64,000 nucleotides of DNA from a virus: IMG/VR virus record IMGVR_UViG_3300017971_000207, positions 64,001-128,000 of that record. One strand, 5' to 3'. Below the pieces are notes generated by a model. It was given only the letters and a program-made list of their open reading frames with translations. It was not told the origin of the DNA and made no database searches. Shown one piece after another: positions 1 to 9,858 of the stretch. Every line of letters starts with the position of its first letter. Within the stretch, counting starts at the first letter, position 1. A program made the position numbers and the translations under genes.

Positions 1-532
1 GGTCCACCCCCAAACGCTGCGCCCACCGGCGGTCCAGAGTCCCCTCGACATCCATGAACAGGATCATAGGAGGCCGATAACCCTTGCACCTACAGGGTGA
101 GAAGTTCCAACAGTTGGCGCACATCCTCTGAGCATTCGCAAGGGCCTTCAGATAGGTGGTTGTCTTCGAGCTGGACTTCTTCCCCCACACCACGCTCACC
201 TTCCCCACCGGGAAGCCCCCACCTAGCGCGTAATCGAGCTTGAATATACCTGTCGGTATCCGCGGCACCTTGCCAGAGCCTAGGTCCGAGGCGCGCTGAA
301 AGATCGCATCGCCGTGGACCTTCCGTATCTGCGCCACCGTGGCGCTTGCCAGCATGTGCTCGGGAGAGTCCGACAGCTCCACGACGGCGCAGGAGTCCTT
401 GACCGTTTTGGACCCCTTCTTAGCCTTGGCCTTCGTCGGCTTGTCCTTCCTGTCCTTATCCTTCTTCGATGTCGTCTTCTTCGAGGCGCTCTTCGCCGCC
501 TTGGGCTTCTCCGCCTGCTGTGCTGCCGCCAT
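1..532 (-). CDS. recA: RecA-like recombinase, partial (runs off the window start)
   Basis: Not in the ORF track. Manual translation from ATG at 532 gives a Lys-rich N-terminus, then IPTGIFKLDYALGGGFPVGKVSVVWGKKSSSKTT...ILFMDVEGTLDRRWAQRLGVD, matching the RecA P-loop region and the FIDAE..LD..YA..LGVD motif. Confidence 0.85.
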   Translation of the reverse strand, partial: MAAAQQAEKPKAAKSASKKTTSKKDKDRKDKPTKAKAKKGSKTVKDSCAVVELSDSPEHMLASATVAQIRKVHGDAIFQRASDLGSGKVPRIPTGIFKLDYALGGGFPVGKVSVVWGKKSSSKTTTYLKALANAQRMCANCWNFSPCRCKGYRPPMILFMDVEGTLDRRWAQRLGVD

Positions 533-643
533 TGCTCACCGTCTCCTTAACACCGGGCCTCGGCCCGCTACCACCGTCCAATAGATACTTGCGACTATGC
601 CGCACAAACGTCCATACCGTGGCCGCCGCCAGCCACACTTTTC

Positions 644-1456
644 CTACGGATCAACCAAAGAGGCGCCCAGAGTTCCCAGGGAGCGCCACCCCTCAGTAAC
701 CTCCGCAGAGAACGCCGCCCACTGCTCCTTGCCCCGTATCGTGCCGTCGCGGTCGTTGTACGCCTGAGCCACCACAGCAACCATCTCCGCGGTGTACAGC
801 CGGTAGCGTGTTCGGGAGGCTCGAAGCGGTGTCGACGGAAGCGCGCCCCGCTTCTCCATCTGCTCCACGGTCAGCACCGTTCTGTTGATCGCCTTAGCCA
901 GCACCCCCACCCGGAAAAGCGCTACATCCTCCTCCGTCCCGTCCTCAAAACGAACCCGACGGACAAAGTGCTTAGGCTTCTCCATCTGATAGACACGCCC
1001 CGCCGCATCGAGCTGTAGAATACCGTTCTTGATCAAGCGCTCACGTATGACCTCCAGCTCGTGGTCGGTGTACAGCCGGTCGCCGCGGTCACTCCGCAGC
1101 TCCGCCGGATGAATCACGCCCCGCTTCTCCCACAAGCGCACAAGCTGCACAGAGCAGCCAAGCGCCGTAGCAAGCGCCCCAATCGTAAATAGCTTAACCG
1201 GGGGCTGACCCTCACCCATGGGAACGTCAACCGTCTTAAACGGAAGAGGCTTCGTCGGCGTGGCAACCGCCTCTCGCTCCCTCCGTCGAACCTCCGCACG
1301 CTTCTTGCGCGCACGCGCCCGCGAGTCCCGATTAAGCTTCAAAACCCGAGCCTTGTATGCTGGGTCCAGCTCGTACCGACGCCGGCGAGTCTCATTCAGC
1401 TCCTCTCCGTTCTCCGCGTACCAGCTCTTAAAGCTAAAACCTCCTTCACCTGTCAT
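644..1456 (-). CDS. Protein with two MerR-like winged HTH domains
   Basis: LFTIGALATALGCSVQLVRLWEKRGVI...GDRLYT and LFRVGVLAKAINRTVLTVEQMEKRGALP...RYRLYT. Start is ATG 1456 or GTG 1468. Confidence 0.75.
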   Translation of the reverse strand: MTGEGGFSFKSWYAENGEELNETRRRRYELDPAYKARVLKLNRDSRARARKKRAEVRRREREAVATPTKPLPFKTVDVPMGEGQPPVKLFTIGALATALGCSVQLVRLWEKRGVIHPAELRSDRGDRLYTDHELEVIRERLIKNGILQLDAAGRVYQMEKPKHFVRRVRFEDGTEEDVALFRVGVLAKAINRTVLTVEQMEKRGALPSTPLRASRTRYRLYTAEMVAVVAQAYNDRDGTIRGKEQWAAFSAEVTEGWRSLGTLGASLVDP

Positions 1457-1490
1457 GATATTCAACACTTAACAAGTAATTAGGGCATTG

Positions 1491-4400
1491 TCAAGTAACC
1501 CGTAGATAGAAGCGGTCGCGCTGCGCCGCCGCCCGACGGAAGGTTGCCACCAGGTCATCGCGTATATCGACCACGATCGGGTCCTTCTTACCCGCACAGA
1601 TACGCTGAATGCGTCCAGTAGGCTGCTCTACATCCCACATAGGAGTAGCCAATACAAGCGTGTCGAGAGGCGGGATATCAAGGCCCTCTGCAGCCATCTG
1701 AACCGTAGCCAGAACCACCTGTGCCTGCGCAGCCTCCGCCCGCTCATCAGAGGTGCGACCCCCAACAAAATAGCCCACCGTCGGCGCCCGAGAGCCGTTG
1801 GAGCTCTTGGAGCAGGCGTTTAGCAACCCCCGATGAAGTAGCTCCAGGTGATTCAGACGTTCACTCAGCACCAACAGCTTACGCCCGGCAGCGGCCGCTG
1901 CCGCGATCTGTGCGACCACAATCCGATTGCGCGCGCGGTTGGTCGTGAGAAACTGAATAATGAGATGGCGCGGCGCCACACTCGGGTCAAAGCTCGGGGT
2001 AGAGAAGAGCTGGAAGTCTGTCCACACCCGCTTGACCTTCACCTTCAAGAGCTTCTCCTTTGAGGCGTAGAGCACCTTCCCTATGCTGTAACGAAAGACG
2101 TTGTCCGCCCCATCTTTCCGACGAGGTGTGGCTGAGTTGTGAACCAGCACACCATCAGCAACAAAGGACGGGTGACCGCCCATCTCCAGGTCATAGACAA
2201 AGTCCGGCGGCGCGCGATCGTAGTTAACTGACCTCACTACTCCTTCCAGATACGACAGCTCCCCCTCACAGAACCGACGTCTGTGGCCTCTATGTCCTGC
2301 ATCATCCGATAGCTCAGAGTGCCCCGACCAGTAAACCTGAAAGGACCTTCGTCTGCCCATAATCTGCCGACTATCGACAACACCGCCCAAGCTGGGCTCG
2401 TGACCACTTACTCCCCCGACCACTCCCAAAGACCTAAGCAAGCTAAGCAACGAACGAACCAAAGAAGGCGATGTGGTCCTGACGCGATGCCCTACCCTCC
2501 CGCTCTCGCGCTCTGAACGACAACCGTCAGAGTCCAACAGACCTTGTAACAGCTCCCTCCGATAGCACTCCTCCCAGCCCACTACCCAAGCAGCAGGGAT
2601 ACTCTTTTCCCCACAACCTACAGACCCAAAAACATCTCGAAAGATAGCAGCCACCACAGCACTGGAACACCGCACCTCTGCCGAAGCCCCAGGCGTCTCC
2701 CTCTGCCGGGGGTGCCACACCACCCCCGGCAGGCCACGCAGGCGCGTCAGGATCTCCGGCACTCGGCTTAGCTCTACCGCAAAGTTTACGCGGTTACCGC
2801 TCACCCACCCGTCGCCGAGCCAAAAGCCTAGTATGTAGGCCCAACAACGTAGGTCTATGTACGGGTCTGTAGAAACACCTCTCGCCCCTTCTGTGTACAC
2901 CGCCGAGGGCTCTGGCAACCCCTCCCTGCAAGCAAGGTACACCTCCGCCGGAAGATAATGACCACGGCTCCCTTGATTGCGGTAATTCCACCAAGACTTC
3001 GGAGACGCCCCGACATCCCTACGCGCAACACCATCTAAAGAGACAGCCACCTTCACAGATCGAAGACCGTAACGAACAGCCACAGCGGCTACGTCCACAC
3101 GCCCTTGCGAACATCTCGACCCCCAAGCCGCCCCATCATCCATGGGCAAGCGGTCCCCCCTCTCGACCTCCTTGGCTCTGCACACAGATAAAGAAGCCAA
3201 AGGCTTTCGATTCCGATTAACACGCACAAATCCGCCAGGCTCCAGACGAAACAAAGAGTGGTCGTCAGTAACCCGCAGATCGCGCCCAGAAACACGAAGA
3301 CACCTGAGAGGCGCAGAGACTGAATGGCGGATGAGGCTCTTTACAGGCTTCCAACAAAAACCGTACCCCTCCCAGCCTCGCGACTCTACACCATCAAAAC
3401 GGACAACGTCGTAAGTACCCTCTCTCCTCACTGGGAGATACTCAACAGCCTCATCAAACGCTGCCTCAATAGGGCCAACCCACCCCAAACCGAAGACCCC
3501 TCCACGAAGCTCAACAACGGACTGGGGTCCGACGGAGAGACCGATGCGCCACCGCGCGGGGAAGCACGCAGGAACAGGCGCCCAGGTCTCCGCGCCTATG
3601 CGGTGGCAGTTGTGTACCACCACCCCCTCAGCGACAAAGTTGTGCAGGTCCTCCACCGTGAGATCGTAAACAAGCTCAGGCGTCTCAACGTCGGCGGTCT
3701 CCAGCACCCGAGCCAGCGTCAAGCGGTTCTCCATAGGGGCAAGTGAGACAACATCGCAGTGAATCACATAATCGTTGCCAGGCTCCAGCTCCCCAGCGGT
3801 CCTGTCCCCACTTGGCGTAAACACCACGTGATTGGAGGTGCACACCAGCGTCCCGCACTCGTGCCTCACCCACATCATGGAGCTCCGGGGCTTGTGCACC
3901 CACTTTCGCGTCACCGGCTTAACTGCGAAGCGACCACCTACACGATCGTACGCCAGCACATAGACGGGGTCTGGGTCCGCCACCACCTCCTCGATAGGAC
4001 GATAACCACGCGAGGTCAGGATCCGCGCGTAACCTGGCAGCGACTCATCTACCATGAGTGCCCCCGGCCACTGATAGAGCGCTGGAGGATATTCCCGCTG
4101 CGCTAGGGAGTGCACCATCCCAACGGCCAGGTGCTTACCCTCAAAGTCGCACACATCCTGCTGCACACGCCCAACAGCCACCCCTGGGAGAAAGTACCGG
4201 ATGCGCTCCAGCCACTGCTCCACCAGAAACTCCTTGTGTACCACCACGAGGATGGGAACAGCCAGCTGCGAAGCAAGCGATAAGGCGGATACCGTCTTAC
4301 CAAAGCCCGGCGCCGCCCTCAATATACCGCCGGTACAGTAGGGGTCCGACAAAGCCTTAAGAAGTGCCCCTTGCGCCCTTCGCTGCTCTGGCCGCAGCTC

Positions 4401-4673
4401 CCCCTCAAAGCGGATAGGAGATGGTAAGGAGGCCCCCATCGTGTAGGCTAGCTCCACCTTGTGGTAGGGCTTAAGAAAGGAGAGGAAGTACTCACGAGGA
4501 ACACCAATGTGCGTCTTGGTCTCCTCCCACATGCGGATAGTTCCAGGCGCCTCCCCTGGGTGGTCTCCCACCTTCTGGGGCTGAATCGTCAGCTGACGAG
4601 AGATGACCTGCCGCTGTGTGGTGGTCATCCCCGCCAGCCGTATCCAAGCAAGCCTGTCTAGTCGAACATCCAC
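1491..4673 (-). CDS. Superfamily 2 (DExH) helicase with two inteins
   Basis: Walker A APGFGKT. Motif II DE|CH and motif III GL|SAT are each split by an intein. Motif V AEGLDIP and motif VI QPTGRIQR are present. Confidence 0.92.
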   Translation of the reverse strand: MDVRLDRLAWIRLAGMTTTQRQVISRQLTIQPQKVGDHPGEAPGTIRMWEETKTHIGVPREYFLSFLKPYHKVELAYTMGASLPSPIRFEGELRPEQRRAQGALLKALSDPYCTGGILRAAPGFGKTVSALSLASQLAVPILVVVHKEFLVEQWLERIRYFLPGVAVGRVQQDVCDFEGKHLAVGMVHSLAQREYPPALYQWPGALMVDESLPGYARILTSRGYRPIEEVVADPDPVYVLAYDRVGGRFAVKPVTRKWVHKPRSSMMWVRHECGTLVCTSNHVVFTPSGDRTAGELEPGNDYVIHCDVVSLAPMENRLTLARVLETADVETPELVYDLTVEDLHNFVAEGVVVHNCHRIGAETWAPVPACFPARWRIGLSVGPQSVVELRGGVFGLGWVGPIEAAFDEAVEYLPVRREGTYDVVRFDGVESRGWEGYGFCWKPVKSLIRHSVSAPLRCLRVSGRDLRVTDDHSLFRLEPGGFVRVNRNRKPLASLSVCRAKEVERGDRLPMDDGAAWGSRCSQGRVDVAAVAVRYGLRSVKVAVSLDGVARRDVGASPKSWWNYRNQGSRGHYLPAEVYLACREGLPEPSAVYTEGARGVSTDPYIDLRCWAYILGFWLGDGWVSGNRVNFAVELSRVPEILTRLRGLPGVVWHPRQRETPGASAEVRCSSAVVAAIFRDVFGSVGCGEKSIPAAWVVGWEECYRRELLQGLLDSDGCRSERESGRVGHRVRTTSPSLVRSLLSLLRSLGVVGGVSGHEPSLGGVVDSRQIMGRRRSFQVYWSGHSELSDDAGHRGHRRRFCEGELSYLEGVVRSVNYDRAPPDFVYDLEMGGHPSFVADGVLVHNSATPRRKDGADNVFRYSIGKVLYASKEKLLKVKVKRVWTDFQLFSTPSFDPSVAPRHLIIQFLTTNRARNRIVVAQIAAAAAAGRKLLVLSERLNHLELLHRGLLNACSKSSNGSRAPTVGYFVGGRTSDERAEAAQAQVVLATVQMAAEGLDIPPLDTLVLATPMWDVEQPTGRIQRICAGKKDPIVVDIRDDLVATFRRAAAQRDRFYLRVT
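2136..3536 (-). mobile_element. LAGLIDADG intein (467 aa, Ser1) in helicase motif III
   Basis: SVGPQSVV...VTDDH...LGFWLGDG...LQGLLDSDG...VYDLEMGGHPSFVADGVLVHN|S. Confidence 0.92.
3609..4043 (-). mobile_element. Mini-intein (145 aa, Ser1, no endonuclease) in helicase motif II
   Basis: SLPGYARILT...CTSNH (block B)...VYDLTVEDLHNFVAEGVVVHN|C. Confidence 0.92.
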
Positions 4674-4712
4674 GGCTCTAGCTTAGCGCGGAGCCGTTAG
4701 GCAAGTAAGCGA

Positions 4713-4925
4713 TCACTTTAGACCCGCAGGCAGATGGGCCACGCTGTCTTGAAAGGCTAGCTCCTTAAACACCTGGTCTGCCCAATCGGCCGGCGGAAAG
4801 GCCATAGGGTCCTTAGACCACGCCCGTATCTCCACCCACCGCCGTTTACCACTTACCTCCGCAACAGCCTCTAGGCGTTGTTGGTCGACGTGGACGACGG
4901 CGAAGCAGAGACGCGGCTTGATCAT
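4713..4925 (-). CDS. Small hypothetical protein
   Basis: 70 aa ORF filling the gap between SSB and helicase in operon orientation. Confidence 0.5.
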   Translation of the reverse strand: MIKPRLCFAVVHVDQQRLEAVAEVSGKRRWVEIRAWSKDPMAFPPADWADQVFKELAFQDSVAHLPAGLK

Positions 4926-4960
4926 GATAACCCTATCGCGACCGCGTGGTCGCAGTTAGA

Positions 4961-5761
4961 TCAAAAGGGGATGTCCTCCTCGTCCCCAGCTTTTCCTCGC
5001 GGACGGTCACTGTCTCCGCCGAAGCCTAGTGCTTCATCTCGGCTTACGCCGCGCAGCAGCTCCTTCGAGAAGGCATTCCCCCTGGGCTTGAGGACCTCCA
5101 TGTAGTTAAAAGGCACAACACGACGCACCAGACGCCCATCATCCTCGGGGTCAAACTGAAGCTGAAAGACCTGCTGCAGGTTTTTCATCTTAAGCTCATC
5201 CGCCTCTGCATCATCCCACCACTCTGAAAGCTTCTTGCCCCGGAAGTTGGCCAGCTCAAACATCCGAGCATGGTCAGTGACAAGGCCCTTGCACTCCCAC
5301 TCATCACCAGTTGAGGGGGACTTCTCTCCCTCCCTATGGACTCTCCACTTGGTCCAGCAGAGCGTTCCGCCCTCCGCCTCACTCTTCTTACGCCGCCACT
5401 TCTTGAGAAGGTTAAGCTTACCCCCGGCCAGCTTGACCTCATATTGATAGCGGTTGCCTCGGTCGTCCTCCCATAGACTGCAGTCGACCAAGGAGAGGTA
5501 GCCCGTGTAGGTGCGGCTCTTGTCGCCCAGCTCCTCACAGGAATTACAGGGGTCGTCAAAACCCCGGTTGCACGTGTGGTGGTTGCGCCAAGACTTGTTT
5601 ATCTTGGCGTTGTGCTCATATATGCATAGTGGATCATCGTCCACCAGAACCAGGTCCTTCCCCGTCCCTGGTTTGATCCACAGTCTGTTAGGGGTCTTGA
5701 GGGCGTCAAGACGCGCCTCCTCCTTTTGGATACCGTCGTATCCCTTGTTGAACCAGGACAT
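4961..5761 (-). CDS. ssb: Single-stranded DNA-binding protein (gp32-like, probable Zn site)
   Basis: Acidic C-terminal tail DEEDIPF, an H..HTC..DPCNSC metal motif, replication-cluster context and an AGGAGG RBS. Confidence 0.75.
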   Translation of the reverse strand: MSWFNKGYDGIQKEEARLDALKTPNRLWIKPGTGKDLVLVDDDPLCIYEHNAKINKSWRNHHTCNRGFDDPCNSCEELGDKSRTYTGYLSLVDCSLWEDDRGNRYQYEVKLAGGKLNLLKKWRRKKSEAEGGTLCWTKWRVHREGEKSPSTGDEWECKGLVTDHARMFELANFRGKKLSEWWDDAEADELKMKNLQQVFQLQFDPEDDGRLVRRVVPFNYMEVLKPRGNAFSKELLRGVSRDEALGFGGDSDRPRGKAGDEEDIPF

Positions 5762-5835
5762 GAGATGTCCTCCTTGATTGTAATGAGGCCCTTACCGGCC
5801 GTGTACTGAACTAATGTCCCTTACGGTGACACTAA

Positions 5836-5864
5836 GAAGCTACAGCATACTCATCGGGTTGTCA
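5836..5864 (-). promoter_or_regulatory. Sigma70-like promoter for ssb
   Basis: TTGACA-17 nt-TAGCTT overlapping the primase 3' end. Confidence 0.55.
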
Positions 5865-6913
5865 AGGAACAGGTCGGCTAATTCGTCAGCATCGTGGTCG
5901 TCCGGGTCGTTGCCGTCCTCGGGGCTTAAAACACGCACCTTTTTGCGTCCCTTCAGGGCATGCTCCCAACGCGTAGCTGCTAGCCTACCAGGCTCGTCAC
6001 CGTCCGGAAAGATCGTGACCTCACTGAACATAGTTACAACCTTCTCGACCTGGACCTGGTTCAGGGCGGAGCCCATGACGGCTACGGCGTTTGGGTAGCC
6101 CATCTGCCGCAGGTACATGGCATCGAAGTGCCCTTCCAGCAGGATACCGGGGAGACCTCGCTCGACCAGGTGCTCCCCAAACAGGAAGTACGCCTTGTTA
6201 AACCCCTTAGAGTGGAGGAACTTAGGCTTCTGCTCCGGCTGCCAGCAACCGTCAACCTCGCGATCTAGACAGCGGCCAGTGATGCCCACCAGCTTGCCGT
6301 TCCAGTCCCGTATCGGCAGCGCTACGCGCTTTTGGTAGGAGAGCCACCCAACCCCCCACAAGGCCAACGTCGTGGCGTTAAGGTGCCTTCTCGGCCCCGT
6401 AAGATAGTCCCTAGCCCTATCCGGGAGCGGGTCTAGCTGCCGCGCGCGCTTCTCCGGCAAGATAGGATAGCTGAGACTATCTAGGCTAAGCGCAGCGCGA
6501 CCGCCCGAGACAGAGGCCGAGCCCCAGGTGGTCGTTGGGATCTTCTTGAGGCGCGCCGTCACCTTCGGCAGCTCTCGGCCCTCAATGAGCGCAATGCGCC
6601 GCTCTATCTCGTACAGCGAAGGGGACTCCTGCATAACCAGCTTGGCAGCTTGCTCATACCAGCGCCCGTAGCCACGCCGACGACCTAGACCCCACACAAG
6701 CGGTGCAAGGTCCCCGTTGATGCCGCAGCTAAAGCACTGAAAGTGAGAGACACTGTCCGGCGCTATCGAGATGCCGAAGCTGGGTGTGCGGTCCGACCCC
6801 TTGCGGTGACGCTGCGCCGCGAAGGGACAGGAGGCGTTGATCCAGGTCCCCCGCCGCTTGAGATTATAGCAGCCTATCAGCCCGAGAAGCCTCTCCACCT
6901 GGGCCTCGTCCAT
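5840..6913 (-). CDS. dnaG: DnaG-type DNA primase
   Basis: N-terminal Zn domain CPF...H...CFSC and TOPRIM motifs LLEGHFDAM and PDGDEPG. Likely start is MDEAQ at 6913. Confidence 0.9.
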   Translation of the reverse strand: MDEAQVERLLGLIGCYNLKRRGTWINASCPFAAQRHRKGSDRTPSFGISIAPDSVSHFQCFSCGINGDLAPLVWGLGRRRGYGRWYEQAAKLVMQESPSLYEIERRIALIEGRELPKVTARLKKIPTTTWGSASVSGGRAALSLDSLSYPILPEKRARQLDPLPDRARDYLTGPRRHLNATTLALWGVGWLSYQKRVALPIRDWNGKLVGITGRCLDREVDGCWQPEQKPKFLHSKGFNKAYFLFGEHLVERGLPGILLEGHFDAMYLRQMGYPNAVAVMGSALNQVQVEKVVTMFSEVTIFPDGDEPGRLAATRWEHALKGRKKVRVLSPEDGNDPDDHDADELADLFLDNPMSML

Positions 6914-6917
6914 ATCC

Positions 6918-7247
6918 CTACCCCTCCTTGGGCTCCCCACCCGCCCGGTCCTTTGACGTCTCGCGGTCAGCATCACCGGCAGGGAATGCTGCCACGTAGC
7001 GGCGATCAAAGTCGATGGACGCTCGAAGGGGGCGCCGTGCGTGGTCCCGCTCCCGCTTCCTACCCTTCTGCGTCAGCTTGATGTTGTCCGCCGGGCCCTC
7101 GTCCGAGCCGCGCGCCAGATAGCCGTACCGGGTTAGCTGCGCCCTGGCTATCTGGAAAGCATCCTTGAAGGATGTTGCCCCGCGCTCGCGCATTATCGCT
7201 AGGGTCATATGCTTTACCAGGCGCGGGATATCCGCAGGACCAGCCAT
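6918..7247 (-). CDS. Small basic hypothetical protein
   Basis: 109 aa, coupled to the dnaB stop (TAATG overlap). Confidence 0.6.
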   Translation of the reverse strand: MAGPADIPRLVKHMTLAIMRERGATSFKDAFQIARAQLTRYGYLARGSDEGPADNIKLTQKGRKRERDHARRPLRASIDFDRRYVAAFPAGDADRETSKDRAGGEPKEG

Positions 7248-9856
7248 TAGAACGGTACCCCCTCGTCAGGCGCGTCCCCTGAATCCCCACCGTGCGTCGC
7301 CGAGAAGGGGTCCTCGTCGTCATCCCCCCCACCAGGCTGCACCGGACCACCAACACGTGGGAGCTCAGAGAAGTTGCACCGGTCTATGTCCCAATTGACC
7401 TCAAACGCCTCGCCCTCCCCCTCACGCATCTTGAGGGCCTTCATCAGCATCCGGCGATCCTTCTTCATGTCGTCCGTCTGGATAAGGGCATAGGCTAGAT
7501 CAGCGTTCCACGATGACACGTCGGTCAGCGCTATGCGGTCCGCTCTAAAGGTGCTGGCCGTATTGCTTTTCACCTCGCGGTTGAACTGCATGGTTACCAG
7601 GTTCGGGACACTGGTCCGCTTGCAAATCCTCTTGAGCTCATCAAAAGCGTTGGCGGCTCGCTCCGTCCGGTTCTTGCCCTCCGTCTTTAGCAGGTAAGCC
7701 CCATCCATCACCGCCAGGTCAGGCTCATACTCACGGATGGCGTCCTCGTAGGTGTCGACACGGAAGTCAAAGTCACCCCCAATGACCTTCAAACGCTCCG
7801 AGCGCTCCACCTCCTGGACGTACGCAGCAATCCCCGCCCGAACGCGCTTCTCAGTGAAGGCATCCAGGCGCCCAAGACGCAGCTCCCGGTAGCTAACCTT
7901 GAAGTGAAGCGCAGCAAAGCGCATCGCTATCCGCAGCTTGGATATCTCCGTCGAGCCGAACAGCACCTTGTGCCCGTTCTCCCAAGCGTGGTGAGCTATC
8001 AGCGCTGTGCACCAGGTATTGTGCACGATCACGTCGTTGGCAACAAAGCAGCTCGTGGGCTCAACCGTGAAGTCGTATATCTTCTGCTCCCCAACGTCCT
8101 CAACGGCCTCCACCGTGTCCCAAAACACCTCGCTGTCCCAGAGCCAGCTGTACTCCTCGGTGCAGCCAAACTCGTCGCAGTAGACCCGCAAGGCATCGAG
8201 CGATACTGAGTAGAGGTCTCCATGCTTCTTGAACAGCTGCCGAGGCGAGAAAGTGCCTCGACCGAGCCGCTCGCAGATACGCTGCAGCTTGTCACCGTTA
8301 GGGTTGTGGTAGCCCCGCGCCCCAGCCTCACCCTTGATGCGCAACATCAGCTCCTCAGACACTCGGGGGAAGCCTACATTCGCGTTGCGGGGCCGCTTTA
8401 GAGACTCCTCCAGCCGCCTACCCTTCTCCCCCCACAGCTGGACATGCTTCGCGAAAGCTGGCAGGCACTGCGAGTAAACACGGAGCCGCCAGGCATCAAA
8501 CTTCTTGCCGTCGCAGGTAGCCTGCTTGTACCTAACGCTCGACTGCACACCAAAACGCAGCAACAGATGCTGAATCCCTCGGACGAGCTTCTCAGAGGCT
8601 AGGGTGATGCCTGGAGCCCCACTGTCCACGTACCCATCGCACATCCAGAAGACTGCGAGGAAGCGCGCCAACTGCTCCTGCGGGAGGCGGTAGACCTCCT
8701 CGGGAATAACCTTCTCTTTGCTCAACAAACCAGACACCCGAAGACGCCGCAACAATCTGTCCACCGGATTGCTCTGCGCCCCCGCGGCACGTGTAAAGCG
8801 CCAATCCCGCCCACGCGCGCTGGGCTCCAAAGTAATCCCGAAAGCCTCGGCAGCTGTCCGCCCCAACGCAACGATCGAGGGGTCATCCTTCGTAAAAGTC
8901 GGACTACCGTGAGCCGCTAAAGAACCATCAGCCAGCATAATCGCTAAGACGTCAACCTCATGCGTCTGCATACCGACAGGTTCCAAAGGCTCCGGTATCC
9001 AAGAGGGCAAACCTACTGTGCTCCCTGCTACCAATTCGTCCGCACGTTGCCACCCATCAGGCGTCAAAAAGGGGTGCTCGGGCGTGACTGTAATGCTGCG
9101 ACCTGTCCCCAGCTCAAAGCGCAAACACCGCTTGGTCCCTGTATCGTGCTTTGCCGTAATGCGCTGCACATGGACCCCGTCCTCCTTGCTCCAGCTTAGA
9201 ACGTTGACTAGATCCCCTCGCTTGTAAACGTCCTCAACGGTGTGGGGTGCACCAGTAGCCGGGTCGTGTGTAAGTGTTTGATAATACACGCATTTTCCTG
9301 TGCCGGTCTTCGCAGCAAAAAGGATAAGGTCCTCGGGCCAAAAACCGTAGGTCTCCTCATTGATCGTAGGCCAAGGCGTTAGGATGCCACGCTCCCCCGC
9401 TTTCATCCGATCGTAGTGCTCCATCACCTTCGGCCAAAGCTTGGGGATGCTCTCCGCCCGAGAGTGGGAAACCTGGTGCTCTCGGCGGATACCCCGCAGA
9501 AGGCTCTCCAGCGCGTCTAGAGCTTCGTAGGGCCGTGCGTCGTCAAGATGCTTTGCCGTCTCCAACAGGCTGTTGCGTAGGTCTATCTGCATCTTGCGCG
9601 CCCAGACCTCCTTAACGAAGAACTCCGCGGGCTCATCCACATCCGGCAGCGCTAAGCTCAGCTTAGCCTCTACCACCTGACGCGACGGCGGCGAACCATA
9701 GAGCTTCGCATGATCGTTGATAAGCTTGTAGGCCCCTGGGGCGTGCTCACCCATCAGCAGGTCAGGGCGCATAGCCGCCTCTCTAGCAACCTTGAGCCCC
9801 GCCCCGTCGCCCGCGAGAATCGCAGAGATAAGAGCTAAATCGAGATCGAGAGCCAC
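7247..9856 (-). CDS. dnaB: DnaB-like replicative helicase with an intein in the P-loop
   Basis: AAKTGTGK|T Walker A, STE, DLAVMDG, QFNR, KMREG. Confidence 0.92.
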   Translation of the reverse strand: MALDLDLALISAILAGDGAGLKVAREAAMRPDLLMGEHAPGAYKLINDHAKLYGSPPSRQVVEAKLSLALPDVDEPAEFFVKEVWARKMQIDLRNSLLETAKHLDDARPYEALDALESLLRGIRREHQVSHSRAESIPKLWPKVMEHYDRMKAGERGILTPWPTINEETYGFWPEDLILFAAKTGTGKCVYYQTLTHDPATGAPHTVEDVYKRGDLVNVLSWSKEDGVHVQRITAKHDTGTKRCLRFELGTGRSITVTPEHPFLTPDGWQRADELVAGSTVGLPSWIPEPLEPVGMQTHEVDVLAIMLADGSLAAHGSPTFTKDDPSIVALGRTAAEAFGITLEPSARGRDWRFTRAAGAQSNPVDRLLRRLRVSGLLSKEKVIPEEVYRLPQEQLARFLAVFWMCDGYVDSGAPGITLASEKLVRGIQHLLLRFGVQSSVRYKQATCDGKKFDAWRLRVYSQCLPAFAKHVQLWGEKGRRLEESLKRPRNANVGFPRVSEELMLRIKGEAGARGYHNPNGDKLQRICERLGRGTFSPRQLFKKHGDLYSVSLDALRVYCDEFGCTEEYSWLWDSEVFWDTVEAVEDVGEQKIYDFTVEPTSCFVANDVIVHNTWCTALIAHHAWENGHKVLFGSTEISKLRIAMRFAALHFKVSYRELRLGRLDAFTEKRVRAGIAAYVQEVERSERLKVIGGDFDFRVDTYEDAIREYEPDLAVMDGAYLLKTEGKNRTERAANAFDELKRICKRTSVPNLVTMQFNREVKSNTASTFRADRIALTDVSSWNADLAYALIQTDDMKKDRRMLMKALKMREGEGEAFEVNWDIDRCNFSELPRVGGPVQPGGGDDDEDPFSATHGGDSGDAPDEGVPF
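8018..9292 (-). mobile_element. LAGLIDADG intein (425 aa)
   Basis: CVYYQTL...VTPEHPF...LAIMLADG...LAVFWMCDG...IYDFTVEPTSCFVANDVIVHN|T. Confidence 0.93.
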
Positions 9857-9858
9857 AG

